Assembly: GCA_041288045.1 (NCBI GenBank)
Contig: JBGGMM010000111.1
Location: 1 to 13,357 of the forward strand
DNA: 13,357 bases
Source: Pseudobdellovibrionaceae bacterium
Lineage (GTDB): Bacteria > Bdellovibrionota > Bdellovibrionia > Bdellovibrionales > Bdellovibrionaceae
Reading direction: 5' to 3'
Below the pieces are notes generated by a model, which ran no database searches, was not told the DNA's origin, and saw only the letters and a list, made by a program, of their open reading frames with translations. Shown here piece after piece: positions 6,674 to 13,357 of the stretch; position 1 is the stretch's first letter; the number at the start of each line of letters is the position of its first letter. A program made the translations under genes and the position numbers.

Positions 6674-9600
6674 TTGCTCTTGAGTTCGCTCACCTGGGCG
6701 AACTCGGCTGTGGTTTACGATATTGGGCGGATTGATTCTGCTAAAGGCGTCAACGTCCGCTCGTCGATGACTCTCAATTCTAAAATTCTTGGCATGCTCT
6801 ATCCCAAAGACTCCTTTGCGGTCGCACCGAAAAATGATTGGTATGTGATTTTGGACGGCCCTTACACTGGTGGCTATGTTCGTCATGAATTGGTGAAGCT
6901 TGTCGGTGAAAAGTATTCCTTGAAAAAAGTCGCGGCCCAATCGGTCCGTGTCCGTGCTTCTGCAACTGAGCGAGCACCCGTGAAAGGAAGCCTCAACACC
7001 AATGATGTCTTCGCTGGTGAGAAAAAAGGTGATTGGTTTGAAATCAAAGACGGCCCCATGAGGGGTGGCTTTGTCAGTGCTCAATTTATTTCGGATTTGG
7101 ATGCATTGCCTGAGCGTGATGCCACACCGGAGCAAGCCACCGTTCAAGGAAATGAAACTCCAATCATTGTGGATTCCAATGCGCCTGCAGAGCCGGCACT
7201 CAAAGCTGAATCAACAGATGCAACATTGGCCTCTGCAGCTACAACTGAGCCGACAACGACGACAACACTTCCATCTCCAGCTCCACCTCCAGCTCCACCT
7301 CCAACTGCGAGTGCATTTTCACAAGGTTTGGTCATCGCAAAAAATTCGGTGAATGTCAGGCAAGCTCCAACAACAAAAAGCCCGACAGTGGGAAGCGCCT
7401 CACCAGGTCTTACTTTTGAAGTCGAACCAGCAGGAGAGGGTTGGTATAAGATTCAGTCTGGCCTCAACAAAGGCCGTTACATTTCAGCTCCGTTTGTGAA
7501 AATCAATTCGCCGACTGAATCGGCCTCAGCTGCGGGAGCTTCTGCCAAGCCCACGGTCGCCAATTCAACCTTTGCACCCAGCCCCAATTGGGATTCAAAA
7601 ACAGAAAAAATATTTCAGGATCAAGTTGATAAAGTCTTTAAGAAAAAAGCCAAGCCTGAAGATGAAAACCATGTGGTGATGCCTGTTTATTTCGAGGATC
7701 GTTCAATTTCATTGGGTCAAATCGACAGCCGCATTCGTCAAGGCCAGCCCTTGTTGGTGGACTCTTTGACCCTGTTCAAATACTTGCGCCTGCTTTTGCT
7801 CCGTGAATGGTTCGATAAACCTCAGATCACAGCCATCAATCCCGAGGGAATCAAAGATCCTCAAGAAATCAGCAAAAGGCGATGGCTGTCCCTGGATCAA
7901 TTTGCTGAAACCGGAATCAAAGTCACTTTTGATCCCGCCCAATTGGATGTCATCATTTCCGTGCCGCCGGCTTTGCGCGCCCCAAGTGTGGCTTCGATCA
8001 TCAAGGGCGATCGCAATGTCGATGATGCAGCTCAAGCTGATCCGGCTTCTTTGTTCAGCTCCTATTTGAATATTTACGCCAGCGAAACTTTTGATACTCG
8101 CTACAAGGAATTTGACGACCATCGATTGCCGATGAAAGCTCAGCTTGAAAATGGCACCAACCTCGGCGGCGTTGTCATGGAGGCTTACGGTCGTTATCTC
8201 GAAGACCGCACAAATCAAAATCCTGACTCCACTGGCTTTGCGCGCGGTGATGTACGATTGGTGAAAGACTTTCCAGGTGGATCTGCAAGGTCATCTGTCG
8301 GGGATTTGGTTTATCCCACGCAAGGATTTCAAACCTTCCGTCCCATGGCGGGGGCTTCAGTCACTACCAATTTCACCATGTCGAGGTCCCGACTGACCTA
8401 TCCGACGGGAAACTACGACATCTTTTTGCAGAGAAATTCGAAAGTCTATATTTGGCTGAACGATCAACTTCAACAGGTTTTAGATCTTCCGGCTGGCCGC
8501 CACTCCCTCCGGGATTTTCCTTTCGTCAGCGGTGCCAATGATCTTCGTTTGGAAATTGTCGATGATGTTGGACGTGAAGAAACTGTTCGTTACTCTTACT
8601 TCTCCAGCACAGAAATGCTAAAGACGGGATTGAATCAATTCAATTATTCGGTCGGAGCTCCCTCTGAGGATATTGGCAATCAGAGAATTTATGACAGTTC
8701 CAAGACCACATTGACCGCTTTTCATCGCTACGGCCTGACAGAAGATTTAACAGTCGGTGCAAACGTTCAAAATGACCACTTGCAGACAGTCGCGGGCCTT
8801 GAGGGAATGATGTCGACATCATTTGGATTCTTGAAATTGGAGCCAGCTGTTTCTATTTTGAATAGTGAAACTGGTGGCGCCGTTCGAGGAAGTTACAGTT
8901 ATTCCGATTACAAAGGGATCATGAAAACCCAGAGAACTTATCGCTTGAGCTTCGTGCATGAGGGGGCAAGCTTTGCTCCTCTCAGCCAAAACGCGTCTTT
9001 GCCTGTGGTGACTCGCACTTTTGAACTGACTGGAGGTTACACTCAAGGCCTCAGTCGAAATCTTTCAGTGAATTTCAACGCTTCGGTCCGCAATCTGGCA
9101 AGCGCTTTAGGAAATCAGGATGCCTTTACAATTGGAGTAGGCGCCAATCGCAAGTGGGATGGTGGTCAATCTGTCAATGCAACCATCTCTCATAACAAAA
9201 CAACGGCAGGTGATGAAGACATCAATGTGTTTCTTTTCTTTCTTTGGGCCTTTCCGAAAGAAAAGCAAATTGTCACTGCCATTCATAATACGTCCGATTC
9301 TTCAAGCCGCTTGGATTGGAGCTACAATCCCTCCGCAGCTGCGGATTCATCCAGTTACGGAGCTTCGTTGCGAGACACCGATTCAGAGCGTGGTTACAGC
9401 GCTCAAATTCTTCATGATGGAAATCGAACGCGCTCCTCTCTGGCCCACGAAGTCGCAATTAGCAAGATTGCCGATCCGACTGCGACCGGTGATGATGTGA
9501 ATAAAAAACCAACCAGTCATACAACGTCTTTGAATGTGGCAACGTCTTTGGCTTTTGCTGGTGGACATTTCGCAATTGGTCGGCCTGTGACAGACAGTTT

Positions 9601-10117
9601 TGCAATCATTGCGCCGGTTAAAAATTTGCGAGGACAGCGCCTGGATGTCAATCCTCAAGGAGAAGAGGCTTATGCGGCCAAATCGGATCTTTTGGGGCCA
9701 GCCCTCTTGCCTGAGATCGGATCTTACAATTTTACTGAAATCACAATCAGTGGCAAAAAACTTCCACCACAATTGGCAGTGCCAAGAGATCACTTTTCAG
9801 TCTATCCTGGGTACAAGAGTGGTTATGCATTTGAAATCGGGACAGATGCGACCGTTTACCTGATGGCGAAATTGGTAGATGGACAAGGCCAGCCATTAGG
9901 GCTTGCTGCTGGAACGGCGATTTATCTGGATGATGATAAACAGGAACCTGTGACGATCTTTACCAACAAAAAGGGCGTGCTCAGTTCCGAAGGCTTCAAA
10001 CCGGGACGTTACAGATTCGAAGTTGCAACCGACGTGTTTGAGCCGCTTGAAATCACGATTCCTGAATCGGCTAAAGACAACTTTGATTTGGGAACTTTAA
10101 AGCTAAAGGCGAAATAA
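6674..10117 (+). CDS. Fimbrial outer-membrane usher with three N-terminal SH3b-like domains; likely true start is ATG 6648, separated by a frameshift in the T9 tract at 6667-6675
   Basis: Usher hallmarks from about residue 335: plug region FLQRNSKVYIWLNDQLQQVLDLPAGRHSLRDFPFVSGANDLRLEIVDDVGREE, barrel strands LKTGLNQFNYSVG and FHRYGLTEDLTVG, LAFAGGHFAIGRPVTDSFAII, and C-terminal domain LVDGQGQPL. Residues about 18-277 hold three repeats of V(N/R)VR...W(Y/F)xI...G(G/R)(Y/F)(V/I)xxx(L/F). Confidence 0.92.
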   Translation: MLLSSLTWANSAVVYDIGRIDSAKGVNVRSSMTLNSKILGMLYPKDSFAVAPKNDWYVILDGPYTGGYVRHELVKLVGEKYSLKKVAAQSVRVRASATERAPVKGSLNTNDVFAGEKKGDWFEIKDGPMRGGFVSAQFISDLDALPERDATPEQATVQGNETPIIVDSNAPAEPALKAESTDATLASAATTEPTTTTTLPSPAPPPAPPPTASAFSQGLVIAKNSVNVRQAPTTKSPTVGSASPGLTFEVEPAGEGWYKIQSGLNKGRYISAPFVKINSPTESASAAGASAKPTVANSTFAPSPNWDSKTEKIFQDQVDKVFKKKAKPEDENHVVMPVYFEDRSISLGQIDSRIRQGQPLLVDSLTLFKYLRLLLLREWFDKPQITAINPEGIKDPQEISKRRWLSLDQFAETGIKVTFDPAQLDVIISVPPALRAPSVASIIKGDRNVDDAAQADPASLFSSYLNIYASETFDTRYKEFDDHRLPMKAQLENGTNLGGVVMEAYGRYLEDRTNQNPDSTGFARGDVRLVKDFPGGSARSSVGDLVYPTQGFQTFRPMAGASVTTNFTMSRSRLTYPTGNYDIFLQRNSKVYIWLNDQLQQVLDLPAGRHSLRDFPFVSGANDLRLEIVDDVGREETVRYSYFSSTEMLKTGLNQFNYSVGAPSEDIGNQRIYDSSKTTLTAFHRYGLTEDLTVGANVQNDHLQTVAGLEGMMSTSFGFLKLEPAVSILNSETGGAVRGSYSYSDYKGIMKTQRTYRLSFVHEGASFAPLSQNASLPVVTRTFELTGGYTQGLSRNLSVNFNASVRNLASALGNQDAFTIGVGANRKWDGGQSVNATISHNKTTAGDEDINVFLFFLWAFPKEKQIVTAIHNTSDSSSRLDWSYNPSAAADSSSYGASLRDTDSERGYSAQILHDGNRTRSSLAHEVAISKIADPTATGDDVNKKPTSHTTSLNVATSLAFAGGHFAIGRPVTDSFAIIAPVKNLRGQRLDVNPQGEEAYAAKSDLLGPALLPEIGSYNFTEITISGKKLPPQLAVPRDHFSVYPGYKSGYAFEIGTDATVYLMAKLVDGQGQPLGLAAGTAIYLDDDKQEPVTIFTNKKGVLSSEGFKPGRYRFEVATDVFEPLEITIPESAKDNFDLGTLKLKAK
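7275..7303 (+). repeat. 12-bp tandem repeat (CTCCAGCTCCAC, about 2.4 copies) encoding PAPPPAPPP in the usher linker
   Basis: Read directly: ctccagctccac ctccagctccac ctcca. Preceded by an ACA/ACG run encoding five Thr. Confidence 0.85.
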
Positions 10118-10118
10118 A

Positions 10119-11096
10119 ATGAAAATACAAAAAAAATTCGCACTTTCAGTGATTCGAAATCTGATATTGGGATTTTCTTTGACCTTTTTTTTCTCGCAAG
10201 CTCAGGCCGCCTGCGGATTGACGATCACCACTGATGACATCAGTCTCACATGGGGCCTCAATTTTTCATCCATTGCTGTGCCGATCACCATCAATCGTTC
10301 CACTGCCGATGCTTGTAATTATGCTCTTGGATTCACCAAGGGAAACGGAGCCTCCTATGTCGCTCGTCGTGCCGCCAATGGCAGCAATACACTGAGTTAT
10401 CAGCTTTATAAAGACACGGGACTGTCAAAAATTTTGAAGGACAATCCCGACATCACAACAATTGATGACGTGGTGGACGGTGGGTTTTTAGCAGGTGCAA
10501 TCCCAGTTTCTCAAACCGTGAACTATTACTTTGATATTCCCTATGCGTCGGCAACCACGCCGGTAATGGTGTCCAGCGGAACTTACACAGATAATTTCAC
10601 TCTCAATCTGTATGAGGGGAGTGGTCCTCCCTTCGGGACTTTGGTCGCTTCGAAAGGGGTCAACATCACTGTGACTGTGCCAAAGATGATTGCGCTTTCA
10701 CTGGTGGATCCGGGTGCTCCTTATCAGCAGGGACAGCTTTCCAAAAATGTGAACTTTGGGACGATGACAGAGGGATCTGCCGCCAATGTGGATTTGCGGC
10801 TTCGAACCAATGCCGGCTTCAGCGTCACATTTTCTTCTGCCAATAATGGAAAAATGAAGCACACTTCGCCAGGCAAAAATTCGTTGGTTCCCTATAGCTT
10901 AATGGTCAACGGGGCGACTTTGAATCTTTCTAATAGCAGCACGGTTCCGGTCGTGGGTCTGACGGGAAGTGGATCGACAGCTTTATCTGGTTTGGGTTAT
11001 CCGATTAAGGTCGTGATTGGCAGTGTGACAGGCCCGACAGTTCTAGGGGGACCGCATTCAGATGACATAACGATAACGGCGACCACAACAGAGTAA
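10119..11096 (+). CDS. Two-domain spore-coat-protein-U (SCPU/Csu-like) pilus tip subunit / adhesin
   Basis: Signal peptide ends AQA. Mature protein starts ACGLTI, with no donor strand, and has a Cys pair. SCPU-like motifs CNYALGF...RRAANGSNTLSYQLYKD...SGTYTDNFTLNL. Second Ig-like domain VNFGTM...LVPYSLMVNG...GPHSDDITIT. Starts 1 nt after the usher stop (TAA-A-ATG), suggesting coupling. Confidence 0.85.
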   Translation: MKIQKKFALSVIRNLILGFSLTFFFSQAQAACGLTITTDDISLTWGLNFSSIAVPITINRSTADACNYALGFTKGNGASYVARRAANGSNTLSYQLYKDTGLSKILKDNPDITTIDDVVDGGFLAGAIPVSQTVNYYFDIPYASATTPVMVSSGTYTDNFTLNLYEGSGPPFGTLVASKGVNITVTVPKMIALSLVDPGAPYQQGQLSKNVNFGTMTEGSAANVDLRLRTNAGFSVTFSSANNGKMKHTSPGKNSLVPYSLMVNGATLNLSNSSTVPVVGLTGSGSTALSGLGYPIKVVIGSVTGPTVLGGPHSDDITITATTTE

Positions 11097-11127
11097 GGTC
11101 GCCGATCGTTTCTTTGAAAAATTCAGA

Positions 11128-11706
11128 TTAGATAGAAACCATTGTCATAGTCAGAGCGAGAGTATACTTTCCAGCAAGTGGAAGAGTTGTATTGGTTCCC
11201 TTCCAAGTCGCACCCAAAGTGCAATCTTCTTCTCGACCTTGAGTCATACCAACTGTTGTCGCGCCATCTTTAATGTCAACACCAGTTCCGATGTCAACTT
11301 TACCAGCGCCGACTCCAGGAGTGAAAAGAGCTTTATAAGTACCTAAGATTGTTGTGCAAGCTCCGAATTTCAATTGGAAGCCACCAGCACCGAAGCTATA
11401 GCCTGTTCCTGCACCAGTTGTGCTTGATGGAACACCGTCTACTTCAGCAGATTTCAGTGTGAGACTTGCGAGGTCCACATTGTATTTGAAATGAAAAATT
11501 CCTACCAATCGGTCAACGACGTCAACTTTACCAGAAAGGTCCAGGTCGCCAGGATAACCACGAGCAGTGATGCTGAAAATCACTGGAACGTTACCGCTGA
11601 TGTTCAGATTGGCGATGGATGTATCCGCTGCCAGAGCTGCCATCGGCATGAAAAGTTGTGCGGCGAACAGAAGGGCTGCACTCAGTAGTTTTACTAGGAA
11701 TTTCAT
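11128..11706 (-). CDS. Putative chaperone-usher pilin subunit B (paralog of pilin A; candidate major pilin), 192 aa
   Basis: Signal peptide ends ALA; mature start ADTSIANLNISGNVP. Shares PGDLDL, HFKYN, EEDC, WKGTNTTLPLAG and TMVS with 5314-5841 and has the same Cys pair. GGAG SD preceded by an A/C-rich tract. Confidence 0.8.
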   Translation of the reverse strand: MKFLVKLLSAALLFAAQLFMPMAALAADTSIANLNISGNVPVIFSITARGYPGDLDLSGKVDVVDRLVGIFHFKYNVDLASLTLKSAEVDGVPSSTTGAGTGYSFGAGGFQLKFGACTTILGTYKALFTPGVGAGKVDIGTGVDIKDGATTVGMTQGREEDCTLGATWKGTNTTLPLAGKYTLALTMTMVSI

Positions 11707-11731
11707 TTTACTTCTCCGTTGTTGTTTTTTT

Positions 11732-11755
11732 GAGCTCGCTCACTTTCACGAGCTC
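11732..11755 (-). promoter_or_regulatory. 5'-UTR stem-loop of pilin B mRNA
   Basis: GAGCTCG-N10-CGAGCTC, a perfect 7-bp stem a few nt downstream of the predicted sigma28 TSS (about 11759). On the coding strand it is followed by A7, not a U-tract. Confidence 0.5.
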
Positions 11756-11765
11756 TGTACTCAGC

Positions 11766-11793
11766 ATATCGTTCGCCATTTAAAAAAACTTGA
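11766..11793 (-). promoter_or_regulatory. sigma28-like promoter upstream of pilin B
   Basis: Minus strand TCAAGTTT-TTTTAAATGGCG-AACGATAT. The extended -35 is good (consensus TAAAGTTT) and the CGATA core of the -10 is present, but the spacer is 1 nt longer than canonical and the -10 is degenerate. Confidence 0.45.
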
Positions 11794-12016
11794 TGAAAGG
11801 ACGAAAAATCTTGTCCAAAGTCCAGGCCCCACAAGAATTGCGACAAAGGAAATAGGAAAGTTTTTCCACCAAGATCAAAGTCTTTTGCAGTACTTAGATC
11901 GGTGAGCTGGTCGAACGGCTGGGGATCTCAATGTGCTTTTTTGCAGTTGAGGCGCGACTTGATAGGTCCAGGATCCAAATTCATACTGGTTCTGAGATTT
12001 AGAGAAAGGAGCCAGT

Positions 12017-13357
12017 ATGCTTCCCTCTCAAACTCCGGTTTTGATTGTCGGAGCAGGGCCCACAGGGCTTGTGTTGGCGCTTTGGTTGACTAAAATTGGG
12101 ATCAAAGTTCGCTTGATCGATAAATCTTCAGGTCCAGGGCTCACATCTCGAGCGATTGTTGTTCACGCTCGCACTCTTGAATTCTACCGGCAATTGGGAA
12201 TTGCGGACGAAGTGATTGCCCGCGGTTTTGAATTTCCTCATCTCAACCTATGGGTCAATCATCAACGAAGAGCGCAGGTTTCTCTCGGGCAGACGGGGAG
12301 GAGGCTGAGCCCTTATTCTTTTGTGTTGATTTTCCCCCAAGACGAACACGAAGTGTTTTTAATTGAGCGGCTAAAAAATCTTGGCGTTGAAGTTGAAAGA
12401 CAGACTGAGCTTCTGTCCTTTCAACAGGAAAAAGATCAAGTTCACTTTCAGCTTCGTTTGCCCTCAGGTGAAACCGAAAACGGATCTGCTCTTTATCTGG
12501 CAGGTTGTGATGGAGCGAAATCACGAGTTCGCGAAGTTTTAAACACTGGCTTTGAGGGCAGTACCTATCCCGATCTTTTCTATGTTGCCGACATTCGCGG
12601 ACAAGGGCCGGCTCTTAATGGCGAGCTTCACCTCTCGTTAGATCAATCCGATTTTTTGGCGATCTTTCCGCTGAAGGAAAAAGGGCATGCACGCCTTATT
12701 GGGGTGATTCGTGAAAATGAATCTGGAAGGTCTCTCCGGTGGGAAGATGTGAACCCGAGAATTCTCAGAGAAATGGATATTCAAGTCGACGAAGTGAAGT
12801 GGTTTTCCACCTATCACGTGCATCACCGAGTGGCCTCACATTTTCAAGTGGGACGAGCTTTTTTATTGGGCGATGCTGGACATATTCACTCTCCCGTAGG
12901 CGGCCAAGGAATGAACACTGGGATTGGCGATGCCGTGAATTTGGCGTGGAAATTAGGTGAAGTCTTAAAAGGCGAAAGTTCAGAGGAACTTTTAGAATCC
13001 TACGAAGCGGATCGAATGCCATTTGCAAAACTTTTGGTGAGGACTACGGATCAGGCTTTTAAAGTTGTTTCCTCACCTGGACCCTGGGCGCAATTTGTTC
13101 GCACTCGAGTCATTCCATGGCTTTTACCAGCTGCTTTCCAGTTTGAATTTTTGAGATATTTTCTTTTCCGTACAGTTTCTCAAACTGGAATTTCTTACCG
13201 TCATGCTCTTGCTGGTCTCGGCCAAAAATTACAGCCAGGTGATCGCTTGCCGTGGATCGAGAGCGTGGATAATTTCACTCCTCTGAAAACTCTAGCTTGG
13301 CAAGTCCATGTCTATGGAAAAAAGACTGTGAAAAAAAAAAAAAAAAACACCCCAGTT
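12017..13357 (+). CDS. FAD-dependent monooxygenase (FAD_binding_3, PheA/TfdB-like aromatic hydroxylase family), 3'-partial
   Basis: Translated by hand; open from ATG 12017 (SD AAGGAG at 12006-12011) to the window end. Motifs VLIVGAGPTGLVLA, SRAIVVHARTLE, LAGCDGAKSRVRE, RAFLLGDAGHIHSPVGGQGMNTGIGDAVNLAWKL and PGDRLPW. Absent from the ORF track because it has no stop codon in the window. Confidence 0.93.
   Translation, partial: MLPSQTPVLIVGAGPTGLVLALWLTKIGIKVRLIDKSSGPGLTSRAIVVHARTLEFYRQLGIADEVIARGFEFPHLNLWVNHQRRAQVSLGQTGRRLSPYSFVLIFPQDEHEVFLIERLKNLGVEVERQTELLSFQQEKDQVHFQLRLPSGETENGSALYLAGCDGAKSRVREVLNTGFEGSTYPDLFYVADIRGQGPALNGELHLSLDQSDFLAIFPLKEKGHARLIGVIRENESGRSLRWEDVNPRILREMDIQVDEVKWFSTYHVHHRVASHFQVGRAFLLGDAGHIHSPVGGQGMNTGIGDAVNLAWKLGEVLKGESSEELLESYEADRMPFAKLLVRTTDQAFKVVSSPGPWAQFVRTRVIPWLLPAAFQFEFLRYFLFRTVSQTGISYRHALAGLGQKLQPGDRLPWIESVDNFTPLKTLAWQVHVYGKKTVKKKKKNTPV

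Noticed and set aside
6617..9863. Antisense and alternate-frame ORFs inside the usher (6617-7147, 7709-8218, 9159-9500, 9383-9793 and others)
   Set aside because: They overlap a well-supported gene and have no recognisable motifs; they are shadow ORFs.
5946..10192. Other homopolymers in signal-peptide regions (T8 at 5946-5953, A8 at 10129-10136, T8 at 10185-10192) as phase-variation tracts
   Set aside because: All are in frame and explained by Phe/Lys codons. Similar runs occur in unrelated genes, such as A10 at 3308-3317.
5314..11706. Inverted pilin paralogs as recombination arms of an invertible (shufflon or fim-switch-like) cassette
   Set aside because: Even across the identical peptide WKGTNTTLPLAG the codons differ at most third positions (tggaaaggcaccaatacgacactgccattagcaggt versus tggaagggaaccaatacaactcttccacttgctgga). 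I saw no long identical DNA repeat in the blocks compared, and there is no recombinase in the window. This looks like an old duplication.
11491..12093. ORFs 11491-11688, 11567-11905 and 11902-12093 on +
   Set aside because: They are antisense to pilin B or out of frame with the monooxygenase start, and show no protein-like features.
12255..13028. Short ORFs listed in the track over the right end
   Set aside because: All lie within the real monooxygenase CDS in other frames.
13331..13357. A17 run near the window end (poly-Lys or a retro-element tail)
   Set aside because: It falls inside the monooxygenase frame within 30 nt of the edge, so an assembly-end artefact is likely. The last codons of that CDS are unreliable.
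1..13357. CRISPR array, tRNA/rRNA, IS, integrase, prophage or anti-phage defence genes
   Set aside because: I saw no regularly spaced repeats, RNA-gene signatures, or transposase, recombinase or nuclease motifs.

Overview
Bacterial chromosomal DNA, probably a whole contig, since both ends carry long homopolymers. Composition and gene style resemble Bdellovibrionota/Oligoflexia, but this is inference only. The left part (138-5146) holds a very basic DUF6496-like protein, an SRPBCC/AHSA1 protein, an NTF2-like (DUF4440) protein, an orphan CHASE3-GAF hybrid histidine kinase, a DoxX protein and ogt. The centre (about 5230-11790) is a complete but unusual chaperone-usher (CU) pilus locus: pilin A > PapD-like chaperone > 1147-aa usher > two-domain spore-coat-U (Csu-like) tip subunit, then a paralogous pilin B on the opposite strand. 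The usher has three SH3b-like (putative peptidoglycan-binding) domains and a Pro/Thr linker at its N-terminus, a fusion I do not know from any characterised CU system. Both pilins have sigma28-like promoters, while the assembly genes have a sigma70-like promoter. A T9 tract puts the likely usher signal peptide out of frame, which is either a phase-variation switch or a homopolymer error. The right end is an FAD-dependent monooxygenase (12017 to the window end) that the ORF track missed. Two sigma54 promoters and two Shine-Dalgarno-sequestering hairpins are also visible in the left part. All family assignments come from reading motifs by eye; no searches were run.
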